Shown piece by piece: positions 48,739 through 57,277 of a stretch of 64,000 bases of DNA (its first letter is position 1; the number at the start of each line of letters is the position of its first letter). The notes beneath the pieces are model-generated. The model did no database searches, was not told the origin of the DNA, and saw only the letters and a list, made by a program, of their open reading frames with translations. Both the position numbers and the translations under genes were made by a program. Source of the stretch: a virus (Duplodnaviria; Caudoviricetes); IMG/VR virus record IMGVR_UViG_3300025154_000086, positions 1,895-65,894 of that record; one strand, written 5' to 3'.

Positions 48739-51483
48739 CTAATTCCTAATTATCTCAAAATATCCATCATACAGCTCAATTCGTTGGTTAATTTGTTCTA
48801 TCAACTCCGGGCGGTGAGTTATAACTATCGTATTGTAAACCCCGCTTCGTTTATGCGCTTCTTCAATCACCTTAAAATAACGTTGTGCATTTTTTAAACT
48901 CAATGGTCCATCGCTCTCATCCAAATAGCCTGTATCGGCTTTTATTGCTCCCTGTGTCCTCTTAAAATGAGCAATTGCAAGTTGTAGTGCCGTTTCAACT
49001 TCAACTTTCTCCCCGCCGCTTTTGTACATGATGTTACAAATTCCATCTTCATCCAAAACTTTTATTTTGAAAACTTCTATCTGCTTTTTCTTATCCTTGG
49101 TAAAAGTTGTGGTTTCAAAAACTATTCGAAATTTGTTTTCGTAGTGGCTCAAAGATTCATTTGTTAACCTCGATATTTCAGAACCGGAGATTTCCAACTT
49201 AAGAACCGGAATTCCAGTCTTTGACATACTTTCTCTTATAATCCCCCATTGCTTTATTTCCTCCTCAATAAACAATCTTTCCCCATTCTTGCTGTTTATC
49301 TGATCTTCCAAAAACTGCTTTCTCACCAATTTTTCATTAAGTTCAACAACCTCTATTTGGAGATCGTTTATTTTTTTATCCGATTCTTTAAGTAAAATTT
49401 CCGCTTCTTCAAGTTCTTCCCTTTTTGCCCGTAAAGTTAGTTCGCAATGTATCTTCGCCGGTTTTAGCGTCTCATCAAGTTTTAATTTGTTTGCAGCTAA
49501 ATCTTTATTCAAATTTTCTTTCTTCTCATCATACTTAGCCGTTGCGCTATTTCTCTTCTCCAAAAAGAAATTTAAGATCGTACCCTTTTCTTTTTCCAAT
49601 AACTGTTTATAGGTAAGTATTTGATTTTCAACATCTTGTAAGTTATTTGTTAGCCTTTCTTGTATGTTAACAACTCTTTCTTGCAAATGCTTAATATTGT
49701 TGCGTTTATCTTCACTTGTCTGATTAATGTTCTTAATTTCACTTTCCCATAACTCGGCGTTCTTTTCTGCTTCAGCAAGTTCTTTATCAAGCGCTTCCCA
49801 ATTGGTTTTTGCAAGTTCGGCTAACTTTCCCGCAACTTCCTTTATTTTCACACGCAATACGTTCACGTCTTCATTTATCAATGCTATTTGATCGGTAAAA
49901 TTCTCTTTGATCTCTTTCTCTTTGGCTTTTATTTCCTCATCAGCCTCATCCAAAAACTTTTCAGTGTTTTCAATTTCCCAAAATATTGCATCGCGCTCTT
50001 CTTCCTTACCGACTATTTTAGCATCATAATCATTCTCAACATCTTTCAGCGTATCCTTGCTTTCCATCGCTCTTGTAAGGAACATACAACCCCGTCCTAC
50101 AACTTCGCTGCATGGCACTTTATCAATTGTTGAGATTTCTTCCTTTAACCGGTCTAATCCGGTTTTTTTTAATTCCTCTAAAGATGCAATTAACTCATTT
50201 ACCGTAGTAAGTTGATGATCTTTCTGAGATTTGACTTTATCCGTATTTGCGTAACTTTCGCGCAAAACTTGTAAAAGTTTTTCTTCCCCTTCTTTCCTCT
50301 CTTGCAATTTTCCTATTTCTAAAAGATGTTCTTTCTCTTTTGCAAGCAATTCTGCGGCTTCTTCGCTCCGTTTTTTCTTTTCGTCAAGATTTAACGCTAT
50401 CGTTCCCCGGTTCCCGAGTATCGTCTTACTCCGGGTTATCTTCGTCTCAAAATATATTTTTTGAATTTCATTATTTTTAATTTCTTCTTCATAATCAAAA
50501 TTCTGCTGAGTGATTCCCGTTTTCTCTTTCTCTGCTTCTTCATTAAGATAGTTCTTCTTTGTGTCAAGTTCCTTAATGTGTTTATCAAATTCATTCGAAG
50601 TGTTGAATGTGTTTATCTCCGCCATTTTCTGCCCTTCAATTTCCTGAAGTTCAAGTTCTTTTTTCTCGTCAAGGAATTCAACATCTTCCACAAGTTCGTT
50701 TATCTTTACAGTAATTTCTTCTTGCTGTTCAATTTTAAGATTAAGTTCTGCTATGCGAATATTGCAGTTCTCTATTTCTTCCCTAACCAACTTTATTTTC
50801 GCTTCGGTATCTTTTTTAGATGAAGTTGTTTCTTCCCGCTCATAAATCTTCTTTTCGATATCCTCTTTTGAAGTATTGCACTCTGTTTTTTCTTCAGTAA
50901 GGGTTTTTAGTTCACGTTCCAAAACTTCTAATTTATTTTGCTCTTTTTGAAGATACTTTTTTGAAAGTTCTTCGCGTGGACTGTATTCGTTAATACCAAG
51001 GATCTCATAAAATAATTTGCGGAGGTCTCCTTCTTGTAAAGAAAATATTCCCTTGCTTGCCTGCGCTGCAAAAACAGAAGTAAAAAATAATTTTTGTGAA
51101 CCGAAAAGTTTAGTCACTTCTCTATCATAACTTCCTTTCAGTCCGTCATTCAAAGCCAAACCGTCTCTGTAAAGATATGCTTCGCTTTTTCCGGTAAGCG
51201 CGTCAATCATCAGCTTTGATTCGTAAATGTTTTCGTCAAATGAAAATTTTAGTATGCGGTATGAGTTTTTTAATTCGAAGTGTTCTTCTAACGTTCCTGG
51301 TTTGCTGGGGAGTTCTCTGTACGGTTGTGAATTGTCTATGATCGTTGTTTTGCCGTAGCCGTTGTCTCCGGTTATGGCTATTAATCCCGGTCCAAATTGG
51401 CTAAAATCAATTTCAATTTCTTCTAACCCTAATTTTTTCCGTATGCCAATGGCACCGCGTAATTTTAATGAAAGTAATCTCAT
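48739..51483 (-). CDS. sbcC: SbcC/Rad50-like ATPase
   Basis: GDNGYGKT, long coiled coil, KSGGE, LDE and ITH motifs. Confidence 0.9.
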   Translation of the reverse strand: MRLLSLKLRGAIGIRKKLGLEEIEIDFSQFGPGLIAITGDNGYGKTTIIDNSQPYRELPSKPGTLEEHFELKNSYRILKFSFDENIYESKLMIDALTGKSEAYLYRDGLALNDGLKGSYDREVTKLFGSQKLFFTSVFAAQASKGIFSLQEGDLRKLFYEILGINEYSPREELSKKYLQKEQNKLEVLERELKTLTEEKTECNTSKEDIEKKIYEREETTSSKKDTEAKIKLVREEIENCNIRIAELNLKIEQQEEITVKINELVEDVEFLDEKKELELQEIEGQKMAEINTFNTSNEFDKHIKELDTKKNYLNEEAEKEKTGITQQNFDYEEEIKNNEIQKIYFETKITRSKTILGNRGTIALNLDEKKKRSEEAAELLAKEKEHLLEIGKLQERKEGEEKLLQVLRESYANTDKVKSQKDHQLTTVNELIASLEELKKTGLDRLKEEISTIDKVPCSEVVGRGCMFLTRAMESKDTLKDVENDYDAKIVGKEEERDAIFWEIENTEKFLDEADEEIKAKEKEIKENFTDQIALINEDVNVLRVKIKEVAGKLAELAKTNWEALDKELAEAEKNAELWESEIKNINQTSEDKRNNIKHLQERVVNIQERLTNNLQDVENQILTYKQLLEKEKGTILNFFLEKRNSATAKYDEKKENLNKDLAANKLKLDETLKPAKIHCELTLRAKREELEEAEILLKESDKKINDLQIEVVELNEKLVRKQFLEDQINSKNGERLFIEEEIKQWGIIRESMSKTGIPVLKLEISGSEISRLTNESLSHYENKFRIVFETTTFTKDKKKQIEVFKIKVLDEDGICNIMYKSGGEKVEVETALQLAIAHFKRTQGAIKADTGYLDESDGPLSLKNAQRYFKVIEEAHKRSGVYNTIVITHRPELIEQINQRIELYDGYFEIIRN

Positions 51484-51640
51484 CTTAGAACTCCTTTGAA
51501 ATAAAAATGAACGGCAGTTTGCACATTAAGAGATTGAGCTTTAATGCGAGGGAAGTCAAACTGCCGTTGGGAAAAATTTTTATTTTGCTCAATCTCTGTC
51601 TCAAACTTAAAAAATGTTATTTTATAAAACAATACATACA

Positions 51641-53263
51641 TTAACTTTTTTGCAAATTATTTTGTAGCCATCTTCGCCTCCGCATTAACTCCGGATAAGT
51701 TTCAAGCTCAATACTCCTTCCCCCAATTTTTATCCAGTCCTTATGCCCTATTTGCCAATCCACAGTGCCGTTTCCTCTATTCTTGGCATAAACCATAGCT
51801 AAATCATTTATCTCTTTCCTAAGCGTCTTTATCTTCTCAAATACCGGTATCTCCGCTTCAGTGGGCTGCTGTACTACGCTCTGTGCTATCTGTGCGGCTT
51901 TTGCTTTTGGCAAACCAAACATTGTGGAAATCTTATCCGTAAAATTTGTTTTTATCTCCATCGTGCCGGTTACTTCTGCTGAAATTACTTTGAAATCCTT
52001 TTGCTCCTTCTCTCTCGGTTCAATTTCTTTTCCGAACAAATCTTTATCATATTTCTCTTTGGCAGTATTAAGCGCATGATCTCTTTCCTGTTCAATTTCT
52101 CTGGCAAATCTTACCAGCTCGTGCCGCTTAGGAATGTACAAATATGCGTCCTGACTTTTAAGATGTGCCAATACTCTTATAAACCTTCCCGTAACCTGTC
52201 TGAAGAATAATTCGCTCTCTACATTTGTTGCATAAACCCCAACACGCAAACGAGGGATGTCAACCCCTTCCGAAACCATTTTAACGCTAATCAACCATTT
52301 ATCTTTTCTTCGCTTGTACTCCTTAATATGTTTGCTCGCATTCTTATCGTCACTCACCGCTATTACCGGAGATTCGCCGATAAGTTCGAATATCATCTTC
52401 TTAATTCTCGCCGCATGCTCTTGATCGATCGCCAAGACCAATCCTCCCGCATCCGGGTGACTGCCTCTCCTTATTTCATTTAATTTTTTATCAGCGTCAA
52501 GAAAGAATTGCTTCATAAACTCACCGAACGGATCTAATGCGGTTCTTAATCTTTCACTTTCTCTTGCCTGATTGATCTGCTCTTCAAAATTATGCTTATA
52601 AGTCACTCCGTCCGTCTGCCAAGTCATTATTCCATCATAAGCTGGAAAGTATATCGCCCTGCAAACATTATCCTCAACTGCTTGCTGGTAGGAATAAACA
52701 TAATCCGAAACACTAACATCATTTACATATTTCACAAAAGGGATAGGATTATTATCTCTTCTAAATGGCGTTCCACTTAATGCTAATCTAAAAAAAGCAT
52801 TCTCAAAAGCCGTTCTTAGTGCATCTCCCCATGTTTTACTTTCCCCCGCATGATGGATTTCATCCAATATTACCAAGGTACTTGTGCTATCAGTAAAATG
52901 TTTATGAATATCCGCGTCCATACCAAGTTGCGCATAGGTAAGCACAACTCCGTGGTAGTCGCTTCCTTCTTTTCCAATACGGTTCTCCACCATTGGGTCA
53001 AGATCAATTCCGTAAAGATGCGCGTCTTCAGCCCATTGCTTTTTTAAGTGCTCTGTTGGAACCACCGCAACAATTCTTTTTATGTAGTGCATAAAATAGA
53101 GTTTGTGTGCAAACCGCAAAGCCGTTCGGGTTTTACCGGATGCCGGCGTTGCTACAAGCAAAGCATCCTGCTCTTTGGCTTTCACTTTTCGTATTACTAT
53201 TTCGTTGGCGTCCTGCTGCCAATCACGCAGCGGATATTCCCAAGGAATTAATGATCTTGGCAT
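51641..53263 (-). CDS. SF2 DEAH helicase (ResIII/UvsW-like)
   Basis: ATPASGKT, DEIHH, SGTPFR, EGVDIP and Q..GR motifs. Confidence 0.88.
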   Translation of the reverse strand: MPRSLIPWEYPLRDWQQDANEIVIRKVKAKEQDALLVATPASGKTRTALRFAHKLYFMHYIKRIVAVVPTEHLKKQWAEDAHLYGIDLDPMVENRIGKEGSDYHGVVLTYAQLGMDADIHKHFTDSTSTLVILDEIHHAGESKTWGDALRTAFENAFFRLALSGTPFRRDNNPIPFVKYVNDVSVSDYVYSYQQAVEDNVCRAIYFPAYDGIMTWQTDGVTYKHNFEEQINQARESERLRTALDPFGEFMKQFFLDADKKLNEIRRGSHPDAGGLVLAIDQEHAARIKKMIFELIGESPVIAVSDDKNASKHIKEYKRRKDKWLISVKMVSEGVDIPRLRVGVYATNVESELFFRQVTGRFIRVLAHLKSQDAYLYIPKRHELVRFAREIEQERDHALNTAKEKYDKDLFGKEIEPREKEQKDFKVISAEVTGTMEIKTNFTDKISTMFGLPKAKAAQIAQSVVQQPTEAEIPVFEKIKTLRKEINDLAMVYAKNRGNGTVDWQIGHKDWIKIGGRSIELETYPELMRRRRWLQNNLQKS

Positions 53264-53536
53264 TTAGTTATCTTTTTTACTTTCTGTCCGATTAAGAAAA
53301 TCTTCAACATCTTCTTTTTGTTCCAATAATTTTTTTGTTAAGAAAAAATCTTCTAAAATATCTCTTGCAACTTTAGATGGATTTTGGTTTAACTCTTTAG
53401 CTAAAGATTCAAGAACGTTGTTAAGTTCAGAATCAATTCTAATTTGTAAAGTTTTACCTTTTTCTTGTAATACAGAAGTTTGTATTACGCAATCGTTTTG
53501 CCTCTTATGTTTACCGTAATAACGAGTAAATTCCAA
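53264..53536 (-). CDS. ribbon-helix-helix DNA-binding protein
   Basis: LQIRID...L..LA......S...R..L pattern. Confidence 0.6.
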   Translation of the reverse strand: MEFTRYYGKHKRQNDCVIQTSVLQEKGKTLQIRIDSELNNVLESLAKELNQNPSKVARDILEDFFLTKKLLEQKEDVEDFLNRTESKKDN

Positions 53537-53565
53537 TCTTTTTCTCCTTGCGGGTTAAGTATTAG

Positions 53566-53883
53566 TTAGCCAGCATTTTTGCTCAGTTCTCTTTTCTTAT
53601 CACAACCAAACGGTTTACCCGCAATGGTTGTAATTACTCTACAAGTTGGGCAAGGTCTTGCACTCCAATTGTGCGGGTCTTCGTACAATAAGTCTATTAA
53701 AACCTCAATCAATTTTTCATATTGTCCGCAAAAATCATGGCTAACTCGCGGCTCTTGCTGAATTGCTAACTGATTTGCATATTGTTCCATTGCCGTCAAC
53801 GCATCGTTATATCGCACAGAATCTTTTAGTTCTGCATGGATTCTCCCAACAATGTCACACAATATTTGTTCTTTAGTTTTCAT
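53566..53883 (-). CDS. cassette 1 ORF, starts inside att site 1
   Basis: AAAGGA RBS before ATG 53883; stop lies in GTTA; CPTC motif. Confidence 0.7.
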   Translation of the reverse strand: MKTKEQILCDIVGRIHAELKDSVRYNDALTAMEQYANQLAIQQEPRVSHDFCGQYEKLIEVLIDLLYEDPHNWSARPCPTCRVITTIAGKPFGCDKKRELSKNAG

Positions 53884-53939
53884 AATATTTCCTTTCTTAA
53901 TTAGTTTCCGCAATCAGCAAAGCCGCCACTACGTTATAA
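53739..53939 (+). repeat. attC-like site 1
   Basis: GGCTAAC TCGCG GCT[C]TTGCTG[A]ATTGC...GCAATCAGCAAAGC CGCCACTAC GTTATAA. Confidence 0.8.
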
Positions 53940-54167
53940 ATCTTTTTGGCTAACCTTTTTAAAGTGTTTCCATTTGGGGTTTTCAGTTAATAAAATTGGG
54001 TTTGCATCAATTACATCTTGCAAGTCTGGGTGTCTATTTTTACAATTTCTATACATACAAAACCAGGGGGTTGATCCGCCATAATTCCCAGCATAATACA
54101 ACCCCTTCCGTTTACACGAAGGGCAAACATATCGTTCAACGCTCCACCCAGTTTCAACACCTTTCAT
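53934..54167 (-). CDS. cassette 2 ORF, zinc-ribbon protein
   Basis: CPSC...C...C; ATG overlaps the leader stop. Confidence 0.7.
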   Translation of the reverse strand: MKGVETGWSVERYVCPSCKRKGLYYAGNYGGSTPWFCMYRNCKNRHPDLQDVIDANPILLTENPKWKHFKKVSQKDL

Positions 54168-54259
54168 ATGCCCGCCAAAAAATTTATAACTCGCAATTCT
54201 AAAAGACAAAAACTGTCTTTTATCGTTTCGGGTTTTGCTATTGTTTTAATTTGTTCCAT
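54164..54259 (-). CDS. 31-aa leader peptide encoded in att site 2 (MEQIKT...RVINFLAGI)
   Basis: AAGGA upstream; ATGA overlap with the cassette 2 gene. Confidence 0.55.
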   Translation of the reverse strand: MEQIKTIAKPETIKDSFCLLELRVINFLAGI

Positions 54260-54309
54260 TTAATTTATTCCTTCTTCGTTTTTGCTTTTAAGTTGCCACT
54301 ACGTTATTT
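54184..54309 (+). repeat. attC-like site 2
   Basis: TTATAAC TCGCA ATT[C]TAAAAG[A]CAAAAAC...GTTTTTGCTTTTAAGT TGCCACTAC GTTATTT. Confidence 0.82.
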
Positions 54310-54720
54310 TGATTTTTTGGCTAATATATATTTACTGTAGTTGGTATCACCAGTTTCGATGTTTTCAAGATTCCCAACATTATTCGTTTTCCACTTGCCT
54401 TTTTCTAAAAATACTCTGTCAAATCTGCCATGCCATTTGCCTGCTCTTTCTACTTCCGTCCCATCACTATATTTAGTGGGTAGGCAAATACAGCAAAGTT
54501 TCATCCCTTTCCTATCTTCAATTCCAGTCCAGTCATAATCGTTTGGTGTCCATTTAGCGGTCATCATTGTACACGCTGTATTCTCCACGCAACCACAATT
54601 ATCACATTGTATCAAACTCATGTCTAACTCCCGCCAAAAATCAAAATAACTCACAACTCTAAAAGACTGCAAATCTGTTTTTGGCATTTTGTTATTTGAT
54701 ATTTTATTAATTAAGTTCAT
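54304..54720 (-). CDS. cassette 3 ORF, Cys-rich, starts inside att site 3
   Basis: CDNCGCVENTA...LCCIC...GKWHGRF. Confidence 0.7.
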   Translation of the reverse strand: MNLINKISNNKMPKTDLQSFRVVSYFDFWRELDMSLIQCDNCGCVENTACTMMTAKWTPNDYDWTGIEDRKGMKLCCICLPTKYSDGTEVERAGKWHGRFDRVFLEKGKWKTNNVGNLENIETGDTNYSKYILAKKSK

Positions 54721-54764
54721 TCTCTTTTATTCTTGGCAGCTTTTAAGTTGCAACTACGTTATAA
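54644..54764 (+). repeat. attC-like site 3
   Basis: AAATAAC TCACA ACT[C]TAAAAG[A]CTGC...GCAGCTTTTAAGT TGCAACTAC GTTATAA. Confidence 0.82.
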
Positions 54765-54989
54765 ATCTTTTTTATCGGGAATTTGTTCCAGCAAGTATGG
54801 TGGCATGTGGAATATCTTATCCTCACGCCGTATCAACCTAGTTAAATTGCTACCATCATCATAAACGCACCTTGCTACACCACGACTAATCTGTAATATT
54901 TTAATCGGTTTTTTATCATTGTCCAGTACGTTGTAAAATCTTTTTTTGAATATAAATTCTAAGAAAATGTTTATGTCAACTTTTCTCAT
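54759..54989 (-). CDS. cassette 4 ORF
   Basis: 76 aa; stop lies in GTTA. Confidence 0.65.
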   Translation of the reverse strand: MRKVDINIFLEFIFKKRFYNVLDNDKKPIKILQISRGVARCVYDDGSNLTRLIRREDKIFHMPPYLLEQIPDKKDL

Positions 54990-55054
54990 ACAACCGCTAA
55001 AAAATTTATAACTGCAAAGAGGTATGGTTTAATATGTTTAAGTTTATTGTCCAT
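54986..55054 (-). CDS. 22-aa leader peptide in att site 4 (MDNK...AVINFLAVV)
   Basis: AGGA upstream; ATGA overlap with the cassette 4 gene. Confidence 0.5.
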   Translation of the reverse strand: MDNKLKHIKPYLFAVINFLAVV

Positions 55055-55096
55055 TAAAGTTGTTCCTAAAGCCGCTGCAAATAAGTTTCCACACTG

Positions 55097-55417
55097 TTAT
55101 ACTTCATCTTCATCCAATTCATCAAAATCTCCGTCATTATCAAATTCATCAAATATTTCGTCTGTTATATCCAATTGCTCCATTACTGCTTTAATGTTGC
55201 GCTTTTGTAAGTGTTTACCATCAATAATCTCTAAACCGATAATATATGCACGTTTAATAGCGTCATCCAGCTCATCCATTTCAACTTCAAAATAAGGTGT
55301 CTCGTCTACCAATCCTCCCCAGTGTATTACCTTAACTTCCCATCCATTCGTGCTGTAGTTCATTTCCAGATCGAAATATTCTTGTAAAAATTTTAAATGT
55401 CTTACAAATTCTTCCAT
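55097..55417 (-). CDS. acidic hypothetical protein ending at the last GTT core site
   Basis: 106 aa ORF. Confidence 0.65.
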   Translation of the reverse strand: MEEFVRHLKFLQEYFDLEMNYSTNGWEVKVIHWGGLVDETPYFEVEMDELDDAIKRAYIIGLEIIDGKHLQKRNIKAVMEQLDITDEIFDEFDNDGDFDELDEDEV

Positions 55418-55457
55418 CTTATTTCTCTTCCTTTTAACTTTCTACTTTCCACTAATT

Positions 55458-56714
55458 CTACAACTCTTCCGGCACTTCCACCGGCGCAATATTTTGCTCA
55501 ATCAACTCAATCTTTTCACGATAACTGCGTTTAAGTATTTTTTCATCGCCGTTTGTCTTAAACACTTCACCTCTTCCGGTAATTGTGCAATACTCGGTAA
55601 ATTCTTCAGCTAAATTTTTTGCCTCCATTATTTTTACGCTGCGGCTTTCCCTCTGCACAGGAACAATGTCAGCCTCAAGAATGGCATCCGCCCCAAACCT
55701 TGCCTTTAACTCTTCCTTTTTTGCAGCGGTAATTTGATCTTGCAAATCTTCTTCAATCTTATACTTTATCTTTACCTCAGCATTCTCCGGCACTTCCTGG
55801 TTGATCACAAACTCGCCGTTAATAAATTCCGCCGTTACATTTACCATTGGCCGGACTGTCTTAAACTTTATTTTCTCTGATGAAACTTTTACCCCTTCAT
55901 CTGTCTGATCGAATTTGCTAACGATAAAATATTTCTGTTCCGTCTCCCCAAAATTGCAATTGTAAAGAGAGGAGGTGTAAAACATATCCGGCTCAAACTC
56001 CTGCCAATTGTGAATATGACCAAATGCGTAAACATCGGCTTTGGCTTTCCGTAATGATAGAGGGGAAATTATTATATCTTGCCCGGTTAATGGTTGTCCT
56101 GTGCTTAATCTGCTTCCTCTTACGTTACCGTGGAAGGTAAAAGCTTTTGGACATTTATATCTATTGTTCGTTATTCCGAACATATCCATTAATCCGTCAA
56201 ACACTTCTCCAAACTCTTTATTATTATCATCAATGCTCATGTCTCTAACGATCATTCCCTTTGTGGGATAAGGCATAAGGTTTACAATAAATTCCGGTTC
56301 TTCTTCATAACCGGTTTCTTCATCACGCAAAATATCAACACCAAGTATATTACTAACGTGATCGTACAGCGCAAGCGAAACCGGGTATTCGTAAGCAAAA
56401 ATGTTCTCCCTCAATTGATGGAGAAGACTAATACTCCCGGCGTAATCGTGGTTATTGTTACCCTTATTGATGATAATTGCTTTTACATGCTTTGCCAATT
56501 CTTTTAGATATTGGAAACCGTACTCAACACCGCTGTTTTCGCCGAAGTTTTGTTTTGTTTCCCAAAAATCTCCGCCATGAACTATGTAATCAACATGATT
56601 GTTTTTTACATATTCCACCATTTGGTCAAGCGATTCACACGCTTTCCTTTTTCTTTTCGGGTCTTTATCCAAATGCCAATCAGCGGTAAATAAACCTATA
56701 AGTTGATTTTTCAT
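55458..56714 (-). CDS. sbcD: SbcD/Mre11-like metallophosphoesterase nuclease
   Basis: ADWH, GGD, GNNNHD and FGHIH motifs. Confidence 0.88.
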   Translation of the reverse strand: MKNQLIGLFTADWHLDKDPKRKRKACESLDQMVEYVKNNHVDYIVHGGDFWETKQNFGENSGVEYGFQYLKELAKHVKAIIINKGNNNHDYAGSISLLHQLRENIFAYEYPVSLALYDHVSNILGVDILRDEETGYEEEPEFIVNLMPYPTKGMIVRDMSIDDNNKEFGEVFDGLMDMFGITNNRYKCPKAFTFHGNVRGSRLSTGQPLTGQDIIISPLSLRKAKADVYAFGHIHNWQEFEPDMFYTSSLYNCNFGETEQKYFIVSKFDQTDEGVKVSSEKIKFKTVRPMVNVTAEFINGEFVINQEVPENAEVKIKYKIEEDLQDQITAAKKEELKARFGADAILEADIVPVQRESRSVKIMEAKNLAEEFTEYCTITGRGEVFKTNGDEKILKRSYREKIELIEQNIAPVEVPEEL

Positions 56715-57091
56715 TTTATTCCCTCCGCCTTTGCAATTGCTTCGAGAATTTGTTGCCGGTCATGGCTCCAAAATCCTTCTTTCACTGCATATTTATCATA
56801 AACCATTTTTAAAGTTTCAACCAGATTTGACATAAGCTCACTTTTTGATTTGCTTTGTTCCCCTCTTTTTATAACCGCGAATACTTCTTCCGCATATGGT
56901 TCGTCTTGGTTGATAGTTAAATATTGTGGGTAGAGTTCCGCCCCTCTTTTCCCCCTATTTAGTGCAACATATCCGCTAAGCTTTTTAATTGCCGATAGGG
57001 TTTGCTCATCAACATTTTTTAAATCTTTTATACTAAAGACAATAAATTTCATCTTATAGAATGGGTCTTCAATTATTCTATTTGAACTCAT
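56711..57091 (-). CDS. hypothetical phage protein
   Basis: 126 aa; INQDEPYA motif. Confidence 0.65.
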   Translation of the reverse strand: MSSNRIIEDPFYKMKFIVFSIKDLKNVDEQTLSAIKKLSGYVALNRGKRGAELYPQYLTINQDEPYAEEVFAVIKRGEQSKSKSELMSNLVETLKMVYDKYAVKEGFWSHDRQQILEAIAKAEGIK

Positions 57092-57103
57092 ACAAACTCC
57101 TTC

Positions 57104-57250
57104 TTAAAACATTTCCAATTGCTTTTTGTTATACTTTACTTTTTTCGCTCTAACTTTTTTGCCGTTCGCTTTGCCTTCGCAAACCGGACCAATTCCCTTT
57201 TCTACGCTTTTAGGATTCTTTAACTCTCTATTGCAAACCGAACATTTCAT
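57104..57250 (-). CDS. DUF6011-like zinc finger, 48 aa (below the ORF-track cutoff)
   Basis: MKCSVCNRELKNPKSVEKGIGPVC...KQLEMF. Confidence 0.7.
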   Translation of the reverse strand: MKCSVCNRELKNPKSVEKGIGPVCEGKANGKKVRAKKVKYNKKQLEMF

Positions 57251-57277
57251 TCCTAATTCCTAATTGACAATTCCTAA

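Larger units (their letters stand above)
53553..55102 (+). mobile_element. integron-like gene cassette array (4 cassettes, attC-like sites, no integrase in window)
   Basis: TAAC...GTTA hairpins at 53739-53939, 54184-54309, 54644-54764 and a degenerate one at 55006-55102; cassette ends are self-complementary. Confidence 0.8.

Noticed and set aside
53553-55102. CRISPR interpretation of the recurring ACTACGTTAT sequences
   Set aside because: Units are gene-sized, variable and hairpin-paired; there is no constant repeat-spacer period and no cas genes.
55097-55460. Fifth complete cassette
   Set aside because: The gene ends at a GTT core, but no matching GTATAAC end or hairpin is seen upstream.
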